A stretch of 64,000 bases of DNA from Yuukianura sp. NJ FZ-2021 (lineage: Eukaryota): positions 620,001 through 684,000 of the forward strand of contig JAJCTO010000010.1 in assembly GCA_046563655.1 (NCBI GenBank). The letters are read 5' to 3'. Positions 20,246-32,297 of this stretch are shown here, piece after piece (position 1 is the first letter of the stretch; the number at the start of each line of letters is the position of its first letter). The notes under the pieces were generated by a model. The model saw only the letters and a list, made by a program, of their open reading frames with translations. It had not been told where the DNA came from and ran no database searches. A program made the position numbers and the translations under genes.

Positions 20246-23200
20246 ATGGAAGGAATACGCAGATTTGTATGTGACAATTGTGGAGAACGTTTCGATTCAC
20301 AAGATTCCTTTTGGGATCACGCTTTTGAACGTCATGTTTACGACCTTCGCATACCACGTCAAGGTATTTTGCTTTAAAAAAAAAAACATTCGCTTTGGAG
20401 TATCGTATGAAGTTGTTTCAATTTGGTTAGAGTGGGAACCAAATGACGAACAAGTTGCGGGTCCAAGTCGTCCCAGGGTACCAGTCAATGACGAATCTGG
20501 AGCAAGGAATTTGGAAAGACCAGTTGACCCAACTGTTGATGAAATTTTAGAAGGGCTGCTTGATTACGAAGGTAGTAGCAACAGAACAGAAATAGAGCGA
20601 AGTAGATGGCTTTGTGTTGAAATTAAGAAATTGATGTTTTTTGTAGAAGAATTGTCAGAAACTCAACAATCGGCCATCAATGCAGACTTGTCAAACTTTC
20701 GCGAGAGGTTCTGTTCATATTGCGCGATCAAGTTTGAGAACGCAGGAGAGCTCGACTACCATCGGTTTGAGTTTCATCGCGAACTCTACACTGATCAACT
20801 GCAAGGTCAACAGTGGGGAGGAACTCAAAGTGGGCTAGAGATTCGAGAAGTTCAGAGGGCCGGACGTCGACGAAATGGCGCTGACGCTGGTATTGTACGT
20901 GAATTCGAGGTGGATTTGACTCCACAACTCTTTGCAGATGTGACGGGTGTGATGCGAAGTACAGCTAACGCACTGACAATTTTGGTGGAAGGACTTCTTC
21001 AGGAGTTTGGGGGTACGAAGTTGATTTGTACGTTGGTTGCAGAGATGACAACAACATCAAGGGATCGACCAAGTGAAGCCGAGGTGGAACGGTTTCCGTT
21101 CAACAGTTTTCTACACGGATGTTTTCATCAGAGTATGATTCAAACTATTCTGAGGCAAATGTATTCTAAAATGAGATTGTCTATGGAATCATTCGTTCAC
21201 CACGGTTCGGGCTGGAAATTGAAGCGCTTCTTGGTACTTCAGCTGAGAGTTTTCGAGTTTAGGATGGACCGAGGCTCAAGTTAGATTCCGACTCCAAAAG
21301 TCATTCGCGACAAACGATGCATCATAAATATTCGTAACAATGACGAATTCTGCTTCAAGTACGCTATCATGGCAGAACTCAACCCACTTTACAAAAACCC
21401 AAATGTAGACTGGTACGCCTTTACCAATCCTAAAAATTATCAGACGGATCTTGGTAAGATTGACTGGGATTGTATAAAGTTTCCGATGACCATCGCTCAA
21501 CTTGACAAGTTCCACCACTTCAATCCACAGATTGCAGTAAATGTGTTTGGTTACGAACCTCGAGACGAACTTGCTCCAAGTTTGAAGGGGAAAAAGAAGA
21601 TTGACATTCTTCCTCTCTACGTATGTCGTGAGGCAAGAGCTAAAAGTGTTGATTTGTTATTGTTAATCGACGGAAACAAGTCTCATTACACACTGTTGCG
21701 ACAAAGTGATTATAATCCTACGGAGGGGCTGTCTCGATTGCTAGGAAAAGGTGAACGGTGGTATGAAAAGTTTGTGTGTCGTTTTAGTCTTCTGGAGACG
21801 CATGTCTACGACATGCTGAAGAAGACTATTGATACGACTTTGTCCGTCCGTCCGTTTTTTTAGTACCCTTTGCACTGAAACATCAGGCCTATCCCGTTCG
21901 GGGGGTTAAATATGGCACAAATGTTTTTCGTAGGTCTACATTGCACTAAAATATTTAAATTAACAACGCAAGAATTAGCGGATACTTCCCATTGCCGACT
22001 CTTCTGACTTAAATTTTTTTGATACCTTTGCATTGCACTCAAAATATTTTTAAACAACGAAGTTTTGATCTGTTCATTTTCTGGTAGCTAGTTTAGTTAC
22101 GTTGTTAAATTGGGTCTGATCAGAGGGTTGAAAATCCGGCTTAAATTCGTTTAAATTCGTGTAAATTCGTTAAGATGCACAAATTGGGTTGTGGACGTTA
22201 ATATTAGCAATTTGTGCATATTTGAGAACAATTGCACATTTATCATAAACAATGTGCATTATAAGCAAACCATTTTACGTAGCAAGTTGCGGAACAGTTG
22301 TACAACTTGTTTAACACCATAATTCTAGTGCAGCTATGCTAAAACTGTGTTTGCTATATTGTCATGACAACATTGACATTTGTGCATTTTACTCAACACA
22401 AAATATGAACATCATTTCAGTGCAGATGTTTTGGAACTTACAACTGGAAAAAGGAAAAAGTTCGACCACTTCTCCTAAACGTTCAATTTTGTGCATTTTG
22501 TGCACAACAAATTAACAACATCAAGTCAGTGGAGATATCTTCGGCCTCAAAACTTTAATATTATTTCGGTTCATTTAATCGGTAAAATTGCCAAGACAAC
22601 TTTGGTGCAACTCATGCACAATGTAGGTCTCACATTCGCACTGAAAATTTTCGGCGACGTTTTTGAGCTTCAATTCTATGAAAGCGGTTTCTCAGCTCGT
22701 CCACAGTTTTGCGGTAGCCCGGTCTAAATGTCGTATCAATTGTCAACTCCCTCCAGAAGACCTATGCTCAACCCTTGAGCATTGCCCTACCTTGTTTGTA
22801 TGTGTTTTTCAAAAAGCGAAAAGAAATTGCAAAATCACCAAAAGTTTTGTGCGGCGTTGGACATACAACGCGTCGTTTTACCAACCGAAAAATACTTCAC
22901 GTCAAAATTCATCGTGCAACGTCTTCCTGTGCCGTATGTCATATACTTAGACTTTGAAGCACTGTTAGTACCTACAGACGGGATTGGTACTCGACAAATT
23001 GGTGCCGTTTATAATGAACATTTAGACTGTGGGTGGTCAATGAGTATCATTGGGCCGGACGGGTATCTGGCGGACCGTGTTGTGACATTTTGTGGTCCGA
23101 ATGCTTCACTGAGGTTGGTTGACGAGCTCGTGTCTGTTGCCGGAAAGATATATCCAATTTTGAAAGAAGATGTAGGCCTCGACCCACGATGGACAGAATC

Positions 23201-25513
23201 TGACTATGCTCACCTTTTGCTGGCTTCAACTCACTGTATTCATTGTGGACTGGAGTTTGTGGAAGGGGTTCACACTAAGTGCATTGACCACTGCCATGTT
23301 ACATCAACCATTCGTGGAGTGAGTTGCGGTCCTTGTAACCTGAACGCCCAAGTTTGTTCATTCATTCCAGTTGTTTGTCATGGTTTTCGACATTATGATT
23401 CGAAATTTATTGTACAAGCGTTGCGTGCTAGTACAATTAAATCTGTGGAAGTTTTGGCGAGCAGCAGCACCGAGAAGTTTACTGCTCTTCGGTTGACAAC
23501 CCATGGAGGTCATGTTCTGCGAATGATTGATTCGTATCAGTTTATTAGTGCGAGCTTAGCAGAGCAAGTGAAAATGCTTGCCAAAGAAGGAAAGGACAAA
23601 TTTGGTGTGACTTGTCATCATTTTCAACAGTACGGAAGTAAAATTGAATTACTTTTAAGAAAAGGGGTTTACCCTTACAGTTACTTTGACTCCATGGAGC
23701 GATTTGATGAAACGTGTTTGCCACCTGCCGAAAAGTGGAAAAGCGATTTGACTGGAAAATCCATCAGTCCTGAAGATTTGGAACATGCGCATACGGTTTG
23801 GCGGGAATTTGGCTGTCAAACATTGAGAGATTATCACAACTTGTACGTTTCTCTTGATGCTTGCCTCCTGGCGGATTGTTTCCAGAATATGAGAAGAAGT
23901 ATGCTCGAGAGTTTCCGCCTGGGTCCTGCTCACTACCTCACTCTTCCAGGAATAGCATACGACGCAGCAATGTTGGCAGGAAAAGTGGAGTACGAGTATC
24001 TGGATGAGATTGACAAGTACATGTATTTTGAACGCGGGATTCGGGGTGGAATTTGTTCTCTCGGACTACGTTATGCAAAAGCGAATAACCCTTACTTGGG
24101 GAATTTATATGACCCCACGCTTCCATTGAGTTACATTTGCTACTGGGATGCAAACGCCTTGTACGCAACTTGTTTGAGGAACTACGTACCTTGGAAAGAT
24201 TTTGTTTGGGAAAAGTCCTTGGAAAACAGAACAAGAAATTTGGATTGTGTTGTGAAGATGATCATGGATTTGGATGATTGTGGTCCGGAGGGATTAGTTT
24301 TGGAGGTAGATTTGGATTACCCACAAGAATTACATGATTCTCACAATGACTACCCATTAGCAGTAGAACGAAGTGAAATATCATACGAGTGGCTCTCTGA
24401 CTACACGAAAGAAGTTTTGAAGAACGTGGGAGCTACACCTGGATCTTGCAAAAAAACAAAACTTTTGGGAACGTTGTGTAACAAAACAAACTACATTGTC
24501 CATTATCGACTTTTGAAGTTGTTTTTGGAGCTTGGACTGAAACTGGTGAAGGTTCACAGAGCCATACGGTTTACTCAGGCTCCATTATTTCGTGTATACA
24601 CGGACATTTGTATAACACGTCGACGCGAAGCTACGAATCCGGTGGATAAGAACTTTTACAAGGCCATGGGAAACATTTTGGCGGGAAAAGTTTACCAGAA
24701 TGTCCGGAAATATAGGCGGATCAACATTGCATTATCAAGAGAGAAGATGAGAGAGTATGCCCAAAAGCCAACCGTTGAGGACGTCAAAATCGTCCATGAT
24801 GAGTGTGTTTTGTTTGTGATGAAAAAGTTGGCTGCTAGGCTGGACAAACCTATTTTTGTTGGACAGTGCATTTTGGATGATTCGAAATGTAGAATGTACA
24901 GCTTTTACTACAAGTGGTTAAAGCCGCGATATGGAGACAACATGAGGCTGATGTATACGGATACTGATAGTTTTTTGCTTCACATAAAGACGGAAGATGT
25001 TTATTCAGATATTGCTGAAAGTGTGAGGAGGAATGAAGGCGTCTTTGACACATCAAAGTACGACAGAGCAAATGAAAAATTTGGATATTTGTGGAGCGAG
25101 CAATTTGAAGGGGTTAGTGGTTGCTTCAAGGATGATTGCGCCAACGAAGTAATTTCGGAAGCAATAGCATTGAAGCCAAAAATGTATGCAATCAAGATGT
25201 TGAAGGAAATGGGACCCAAACTCAGCTGAAGAAGGCAAAAGCAACAGTTCGCTCGGTTGTCGAGAATGAATTGGATTTTGAAGATTACAAAAAAGTTTTA
25301 GAAAACGGGCAGTTCAAGTCTTATAGTATGAATACAATTCGAAGTTTAAATCATCGTTTGTATACAACTACAATGTACAAAAAAAGTTTGTCAGCATATG
25401 AAGATAAGAGTTTTTATTTGTCTCCAATTGATTCATTAAGATTTGGTCATTATAGAATTGAATTAGAAAAGAATTTGCATCAAATTGTAGACGGTATGGA
25501 AGAAGATGAATAA
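20246..25513 (+). pseudogene. Protein-primed PolB, copy 1 (nonsense at 21282, frameshifts, HINE insertion)
   Basis: Near-identical to copy 2; retains the conserved C-terminus KSLSAYEDK...GHY; exon 1 at 20246-20363, intron 20364-20430. Confidence 0.93.
21786..22794 (+). mobile_element. DINE-1/HINE-like non-autonomous Helentron
   Basis: Absent from Maverick copy 2; inserted in a T run; subterminal IRs GTCTTCTGGAG / CTCCAGAAGAC, nearby partial IR GAAGAAGACT, (GTCC)n microsatellite, 3' hairpin ATGCTCAA-CCC-TTGAGCAT; second copy at 62359. Confidence 0.8.
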
Positions 25514-25571
25514 AGCCAATTAGACTAAATGTCCTTCCAGTTAGTAGTTGTTTGGAGTTTGATTTGTTAGG

Positions 25572-26229
25572 ATGGAAATCCAATGTTCATTGCAGCATCC
25601 GTTTGTCATGGTGTTGGCCGGTCCTACACAAAGTGGAAAAAGTACATTGATAAAAAAGTTTTGGAACGTTTAGACGAAGTTGTTGAGCCAAAAATCAAGC
25701 GTGTAATCTACTGTTATGCCGAGGATGAGCCGGATTTTGCAAAAAGTTTAAAAGGAGTTAACAGGGAAAAGAAATTGAAATTGATTTTCGCCAAGGTATG
25801 GATCAAATTGATGTTGACATTGGAAACAAGACGCCAACCCTTGTTGTGTTGGATGACTTTATGGAAGACCTTGGATCATCTTTGGATATTTGTAGAATGT
25901 TTACTCGGGGTTCTCATCACCGTTCACTGTCTCTTATGATTACGATTCAAAATTTTTTCTTCAAAGGATGTAGGAATTTGACTTTAAATGCAAAATATGT
26001 TGCATTATTTCGAAATCCAAGGGATAAGACTATAATAAAATATTTGGGACGACAAATGAAAGGCGAAAAATCAAATTCGACGCTAGAAGAAGCATTTGAG
26101 GATGCTACAAAGAACAAGCCAAATAGCTATTTATTTTTAGATATGTCTCAAAGTCAAAATGATGACTTTCGAATAAGATCAAATGTATTTGCAGATCCAG
26201 AATCTTGTATAGTATATTTGAAAAAGTAA
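25572..26229 (+). pseudogene. Packaging ATPase, copy 1 (frameshifted)
   Basis: Homologous to 40770-41429 with homopolymer indels. Confidence 0.9.
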
Positions 26230-26235
26230 CATACC

Positions 26236-26730
26236 TTAGTTTCGTTTCAACTTTGACAGTCCTTCTGTGAGACAATCAAATAAATGAATTGGAATCACAA
26301 CACTAGATCCAGCATCGTAAACATTTTTAATATGTAAATGTGTGAGCGGTCCTTGGTCATTTCCTTGTTCATTGCCAATGTAGAGCTGCCAACCATCTTC
26401 CAAATTTACTCGTGGTGGTGGATGTGGTTTAGGAAATTCTTGACGAACTTCAACAACCATTGCCAAAGATGTGACTTTACGAGGAATCTTGGGAATTCGA
26501 ACTCGTTTGCGTTGTTTTTTTTCTTGGGTAGTATCCGTGAGTATATTTGGGTTTAGGTTAAGAAAATCTTGAATTGGAGAATGCATTTCGACTGGCTGGA
26601 GTTCCGACGTTTTATTGAGGTTACAGTTACAAGAAAAGGTTTCACAAACAGTAATTGTTGTAGTTGAATTTTTTTTTAAGCAAAAATTTGCAAAAGAACG
26701 CCACAGAGAGCAAATTTGACACGAGCTCAT
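26236..26730 (-). CDS. Maverick hypothetical protein, 164 aa (open in copy 1)
   Basis: ATG-to-stop ORF between ATPase and integrase; Cys-rich N-terminus, basic middle; frameshifted in copy 2. Confidence 0.6.
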   Translation of the reverse strand: MSSCQICSLWRSFANFCLKKNSTTTITVCETFSCNCNLNKTSELQPVEMHSPIQDFLNLNPNILTDTTQEKKQRKRVRIPKIPRKVTSLAMVVEVRQEFPKPHPPPRVNLEDGWQLYIGNEQGNDQGPLTHLHIKNVYDAGSSVVIPIHLFDCLTEGLSKLKRN

Positions 26731-27656
26731 GTCACGACGAAGTTAAACTGAAGACTGAGGAACGCGTTGCAGTTCTTCGTTGTAAAATATTCCAAATATG
26801 TCTTCACCTTTGCCGTCTTTTAACTTGTAAGTGACGGGAACGGAGTTGCAAACTTCAACAATCTGGAAAATTTCTTTTGTCCAGCTTTGGGCGTATCCCT
26901 TTTCAAAAAGTGTTTTATATTTACTAAGTAGTACGGAGTCTCCAACATTGAAGGTAGCAGGTTTCCGTTTCGTTTGGTTTTGTTTTGGTAAGTGTCCGTA
27001 CAAATTTAGAAATACATCAGTTTTTGTGTCGTCATTGACTTGGTTTGGTGTACATTTTATGGAGCGATGATATGTGTTGTTGTATGAAGTTACAATATTT
27101 TGCAAAACATCTAAGAATTTTGTGGTCTGATTGTGTGTCATATATCTCGCCAACCTTCTCATTAATGTTTGGTTAAATCTTTCAACAATAACTGTCTTCA
27201 GTTCTGATCTAGTACTAAAGAATGAAACAGAGTATTGTTTTAAAAGCTGTTTAACATTTCGATTTAAAAATTCTTTCCCTTCGTCAAATTTAATTGACTT
27301 TGGAGGGCCTCTTTTCTTAAAGATTTTTTGTAAAGCGTTTGCTACTTGACTCCCAGTTTTATTTTTTAAAGGGATGACGTCAGCGACTTTATCAATCAAT
27401 TTGTTTATTTGATCTTGGCCAATGCCCTATCAATTACAGTCCTGCAGCTCGTTTTAAGTATAAGAATCAGTATAACCTAGTCAAGTGTAAAAATGGTAAA
27501 GTTATTATAATAATAATAATCCGTAAGCATAATGGGGTCGAAAGAAAGTGTACATCTTTAAGGTCAGTTGTAATTGTAAGGTGGTAGTCATGGGGGAAAG
27601 TTGAGAGAAAGTTTAAAACAACAAAGACGTAGTCGCGGAGGTACAATTCACCGTCT

Positions 27657-30600
27657 TCATCTTCCCAGCGTTGACTCGAATGTTGACAGGACATTGTGGT
27701 TGAAATTTTGCAGGTTTTTGATAAATGTAATATCCTTGGCGTTTAAGTTGACCCAGGCTATTGGGCATTGGTTTGGCGGGAGTTTTAGTTGTGATCTGTG
27801 GGGTTCTGTCAGTGGACAAGTCCAGAGTGCATGGTAATACGAGAGTTGGTCTCCACAGTAACTGCAGGTCTTTTCCGTGAACTGACCAAAGTCGAGCCAT
27901 CTTCGGTTAAAATAGAGTAAGTTTGAGTTGAGTCTAATTTGAAGAATGGGAATCGTGAGATAGGAAGGAAATCGTTTCGAGAAAACTTCTGTTGCCGGGA
28001 ATTTCTGGCAGATATCAATGTAGTGAGGGGTGGAATGGGATAGCGCTGCATTTTTGATGTCTGATTCTTTGAATAAATTCCGAAATTTCTTCACAGTTGA
28101 GTTTTTCAAGGCTCTAATCACGGTATCGATACCCCTGTCGTATATTTCTTCCAGTCCGATCATCGCTAGGGAGGCTCTCAGCTGCGTGCACCAACTGTAT
28201 TTGATATCAGGGTGAATTGATGAAACTTTGCGTAGCTGGAGGTACGCGTTTTTCGTGAGGTCGGAACATTGGTTGGTGTGGAGTTTTGTGTAGAGGAGCC
28301 AGGCTCTTTTGACGACTTCGAATTGTAGTGGTGGAGACTCAGTTTCTAACCGGACAAAGAACCTGGGAGTAGTACATGGTAGTCGTAGGAGTCTTTTGAA
28401 GTAGCGCTGTTGGACCGTTTCTATGACGTCTGCGTGGGCTAGTCCCCATGTTTCGCAGTTATACAGTGTTGTTGATTTTACCAGTGAGCTTAATAGCGTT
28501 TTCATAGTCCATAAGTCAAAGTACTTCGTTTTCCTTAGTATATTAAGCGCTGCCCCCTGTGCTGTGGTGCCTTTCTCTATTGCGTTCCTTGCCGCTTTGT
28601 TGAATGTACCATTTGACTGGAATATTATACCGAGGTACTTGTACTCCGCAACGGTCTGGATCGGGGTTCCATTCCAAAGCAATAAGTCGTCCTTTCGTAT
28701 TCGTCCAGAACGACGGAAGACCATAACTTTTGTTTTGGTTAGGTTTACATGGAGACCTCTTGATTTGAAAAAGTTGGAAGTGAGTTTAATTTTCTCCTGT
28801 AATAGATCTTTGGATGGAGCAGTGATGACGAGGTCGTCCGCGTAGAGTAGAACATGAACGATACGCGAGCCTAGAGTATATCCTTTCAGTAGAGAAGATG
28901 AAAATTTAGAGACTAGGTCCTCGATAAACAGATTGAAAAGTGTGGGACTAGCAGAATCTCCTTGGAGCACTCCTTTCATAATCTTAATTGGTTCTGTGAG
29001 GCCCTCCCTGGTGTTAATTTGGGCAGTTGCGTTTTCATACAGAGACCTGAATACCTTTAGAAATTTGTTGGAGACTCCCAGATTACTGAGGACAGCCCAC
29101 AGTAGACTATGGTCTGGTGTGTCGAATGCCTGGGACAAATCGACAAAGGCGACGAACAGTTCCTCCCTTTTTAGGAGTTGGCATTGGATCATGGACATTA
29201 GAGTGAAGATATGATCTGTACATGATCTCGATTTTCGAAAGCCGGCTTGGAAATCTGATATTTTGTGGTTAGCGTTTATCCAGTTGGTGAGTCTTGAGTT
29301 GAGGATTTTGGTGAATAATTTCAGGATGGTGTTCATTAAGGATATTGGCCGGTAGTTTTCTGGCAAGTCTCTTGAACCCTTTTTGAAGAGCGGAAGAATT
29401 TGCGCCGTACACCAGTGGTTCGGTATTACCCCGCTTTGGAGAATGGTTTGGAAGAGTGTGACCAGGAATAGCAGAATATTAGGAGTGGCAGATTTCCAAA
29501 CTTCATTCGGGATTGTGTCTGGCCCTGTTGCTTTGTTCGATTTTAGTGTTTTAGTCGCCATTCTTATTTCTAGAGCTGTTATGTCGCGGTCAAGGATCTC
29601 ATTCTCTATCAGTCGACTTTCCGGTAGCATCTCCATTGGGGCCTCGTTGGTTTTGAAAAGCTTCTGGAAGTGTTGGAACCAAGTTTGCTTAGGGATTTTG
29701 TCTTGTGCGGTGTCTTGAGTTGTGTAGAATTTGACCGTCTTCCAGAAGCTTTTGGGGTCCTTTGAAGCGTGAAGTTGCGACAACAGTTTCGAATTAAATG
29801 TAGATTTCTTGTCTGCTAATTGTTGTTTGTAGTTCTTCTGGGCTTTTAGGTACAATTGGGCAAAGACCTCTTTGTTTTCCGTGTCACATCTTCGGAATTT
29901 GCGTATTGCGTTATTTTTTTCCCATTTGAGTGAGTTTAGTTCTGAGTCGAACCATGTTGGTTTATTTTTTGATACTTTAGGTTTTTTGTATACACCGACT
30001 GCCTTGGCAGTTTCAATGATTTTGTGTTGTAGGTGAAGGCTGGCTTGGATTGAGTCCTTAATTTCGAAGTTTAGGGAGTCTTCTAGGTGCTTGTAGAACT
30101 GGTGCTTTTCCATTTTGTCGGTCGACATGATTATTTTCTCGCGCGACATTCGTATGTTGTTGAGAGCTCGTTTAGTCGAACACTTTAGTGACAGAAAGAG
30201 AGGGAAGTGGTCAGAATGATGCCAGTCGAGGACTTTTAGGCTTTCGAGTTTTTCTCGAATGTTCGTGGATAGGAGAGCCAGGTCAACCACGCTACATCCT
30301 GCGTTTGCTGGGTTTATCATGGTGAATTCTCCGCTCTCGTCTCCTGGAGTCGCTCCGTTGCAAATTGTTAGATCACACTCAGCAGCTATTGTGAGTAAGT
30401 TTCTCCCGTTGGAATTTACCACTGTGTCCTTGCTTTTCCTTTTGATTAGTGGTGTAGAGTTTCTTTCTCCTATTCTTGAGTTTAGGTCGCCAATTACTAG
30501 GGCCGATGTGTTGGTGTATTTTACAAATTCGAATAGTTCTGATACTCGTTTTTGATTGGACTTGTCGGGTGGGATATACGCAAATAACAACTGGAATTGT

Positions 30601-30899
30601 GATGTACGATTCTGGATGTGTAGAAGGATTGAGTGTTCTGTTGTTGCAAGCACTGATACTTGTGCGTCTAATGAGTTGTGCCAGCCATAGATAAATCCGC
30701 CATAAGGACGGCCTTTGGCCTGCTTTTTAGCAAAAATTTGATGTATGGAGTAAGACTGTTGAAGTTTGACATTTTTGTAGTTTTCCCATTTCATTGATTC
30801 GGATAAGCAGAAGATAGAAGGTTGAAGAGAAAGAAATTCATTCCAGAAGGTAGGTCCAAGGTTATTTACACTTTTTGCATTCAGGTAGAATATTGTCAT
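27657..30899 (-). CDS. LINE ORF2: APE endonuclease, reverse transcriptase, C-terminal CCHC
   Basis: LSE, GDLNSR, DLAL, SDHFP; KATGPD, NYRPISL, QAGFR, DLSQAFD, QGDSASP, YADD, YKYLG; CSYC..HALWTC. Confidence 0.96.
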   Translation of the reverse strand: MTIFYLNAKSVNNLGPTFWNEFLSLQPSIFCLSESMKWENYKNVKLQQSYSIHQIFAKKQAKGRPYGGFIYGWHNSLDAQVSVLATTEHSILLHIQNRTSQFQLLFAYIPPDKSNQKRVSELFEFVKYTNTSALVIGDLNSRIGERNSTPLIKRKSKDTVVNSNGRNLLTIAAECDLTICNGATPGDESGEFTMINPANAGCSVVDLALLSTNIREKLESLKVLDWHHSDHFPLFLSLKCSTKRALNNIRMSREKIIMSTDKMEKHQFYKHLEDSLNFEIKDSIQASLHLQHKIIETAKAVGVYKKPKVSKNKPTWFDSELNSLKWEKNNAIRKFRRCDTENKEVFAQLYLKAQKNYKQQLADKKSTFNSKLLSQLHASKDPKSFWKTVKFYTTQDTAQDKIPKQTWFQHFQKLFKTNEAPMEMLPESRLIENEILDRDITALEIRMATKTLKSNKATGPDTIPNEVWKSATPNILLFLVTLFQTILQSGVIPNHWCTAQILPLFKKGSRDLPENYRPISLMNTILKLFTKILNSRLTNWINANHKISDFQAGFRKSRSCTDHIFTLMSMIQCQLLKREELFVAFVDLSQAFDTPDHSLLWAVLSNLGVSNKFLKVFRSLYENATAQINTREGLTEPIKIMKGVLQGDSASPTLFNLFIEDLVSKFSSSLLKGYTLGSRIVHVLLYADDLVITAPSKDLLQEKIKLTSNFFKSRGLHVNLTKTKVMVFRRSGRIRKDDLLLWNGTPIQTVAEYKYLGIIFQSNGTFNKAARNAIEKGTTAQGAALNILRKTKYFDLWTMKTLLSSLVKSTTLYNCETWGLAHADVIETVQQRYFKRLLRLPCTTPRFFVRLETESPPLQFEVVKRAWLLYTKLHTNQCSDLTKNAYLQLRKVSSIHPDIKYSWCTQLRASLAMIGLEEIYDRGIDTVIRALKNSTVKKFRNLFKESDIKNAALSHSTPHYIDICQKFPATEVFSKRFPSYLTIPILQIRLNSNLLYFNRRWLDFGQFTEKTCSYCGDQLSYYHALWTCPLTEPHRSQLKLPPNQCPIAWVNLNAKDITFIKNLQNFNHNVLSTFESTLGR

Positions 30900-30986
30900 G
30901 TTGTTTAAATTTAGTTCGCTGCAGGATGCTGTATTGAAATCTTGAGTTTTGTTCTTTTGACGTATATTGATAGGGCGGCCGAGTCC

Positions 30987-31757
30987 TCATTTTGGATTTG
31001 GGTAGGAGGATTGGAGAGTCGAGGAGTATGTTTTAGGAGCCGTGTTATTTGAAGGAGAAACTGTACGTGGGCGACTTCCTTGTCCGTTTTGTCGTGATTC
31101 CCGGTTCTTTTGCCTTTCCATTCTGGTTTCAATGGTCAGATCTTCTGTGATAGAGTAGATTTCTCTGTTTTGAATGAAGGTCTTTCTCAGCTGAAGGGCT
31201 TGCATGCGTTGTGCGAACGACGATAAGCGAACCTTAATTGGACGGGGTTTATCAGACGACGGGTTTATTTTTCCAATCCTAAATGCGTCTTCAACGTTCA
31301 CTCGGACATTGTAGTGGTTCAGGAAGTCGTTAGTGATGTTCATGGTGTTTTCGTTTGTAGCTTCTGGGAGTCCGTGGATCAGAACGTTGTTCCGTCTTAA
31401 TTCATCTGTGAGCCGAGAGTTCATTCTTTTTAGTTGATCAATTTCTTTTTGTTGGTTCTCAGTTTTCGTTTGTAGTTCATCGATTTGTTCTTGGTATTTT
31501 TCCAGTTTGAGTTCGATGGAGTCACATCTCGTGTCAATTTTTGATTCAACATTGCCAATTTTTGTTTCAACATTGCCAATTAGTTTTGTCATTGCAGACA
31601 TTAAATCGTCGTTCGAGAAGTTCGATCGTTTGGAACAAGGCTCGTTTCCATCGTTAGGCTCCGATTCCGCAGCTCGCTTGCTTCCTTTGCTTTGTGGTAG
31701 GAAGGATAGGGTGGTTTGAGACATTTTCTGCGACACTGGGGAGCGTGAGATTGGCAT
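30987..31757 (-). CDS. LINE ORF1 (coiled coil plus RRM-like)
   Basis: Heptad region, then RRNNVLIHGLPE, AFRIGK, PRPIKV, ITEDLT..R. Confidence 0.9.
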   Translation of the reverse strand: MPISRSPVSQKMSQTTLSFLPQSKGSKRAAESEPNDGNEPCSKRSNFSNDDLMSAMTKLIGNVETKIGNVESKIDTRCDSIELKLEKYQEQIDELQTKTENQQKEIDQLKRMNSRLTDELRRNNVLIHGLPEATNENTMNITNDFLNHYNVRVNVEDAFRIGKINPSSDKPRPIKVRLSSFAQRMQALQLRKTFIQNREIYSITEDLTIETRMERQKNRESRQNGQGSRPRTVSPSNNTAPKTYSSTLQSSYPNPK

Positions 31758-31835
31758 CGACTTGAATTACTACTGGATGGGAGTATTCTTTGAGCAGAAC
31801 TGCGGGGAAATATGTTCTCTTATGTTCTCTTGATC

Positions 31836-32297
31836 GAGAATTCCTTAAATGGAAATGGTTTTGGTCAAATCTCTGTAGTGAGAATTCCTTAATTGGAAAT
31901 TGTTCTTGACAAATCTCTGTAGTGAGAATTCCTTAATTGGAAATTGTTCTTGACAAATCTCTGAAGTGAGAATTCCTTAATTGGAAATTGTTCTTGACAA
32001 ATCTCTGAAGTGAGAATTCCTTAATTGGAAATTGTTCTTGACAAATCTCTGCAGTGAGAATTCCTTAATTGGACATTGTTTTCACCAATCTCTGAAGTGA
32101 GAATTCCTTAATTGGAAATTGTTTTGACAAATCTCTGAAGTGAGAATTCCTTAATTGGAAATTGTTTTGACAAATCTCTGAAGTGAGAATTCCTTAATTG
32201 GAAATTGTATATTGACAAATCTCTGAAGCGAGAATTCCTCAAATGGAAATTATTTTTGCCAAGTCTCTGAAGTGAGAATTCCTTAAATTGGAAATTT
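31836..32297. repeat. ~44-bp tandem repeat, 10 copies plus a partial, in the LINE 5' UTR
   Basis: Unit GAGAATTCCTTAATTGGAAATTGTTCTTGACAAATCTCTGAAGT; a second ~43-bp repeat (about 3 copies) at 32364-32483. Confidence 0.95.

Noticed and set aside
20265..20430. Hydrophobic N-terminus of the 339-aa ORF
   Set aside because: Wrong frame of the zinc-finger exon plus intron read-through; closed in copy 2.
31836..32297. CRISPR-like array
   Set aside because: Units are contiguous with no unique spacers, there are no cas genes, and it lies in a eukaryotic LINE UTR.
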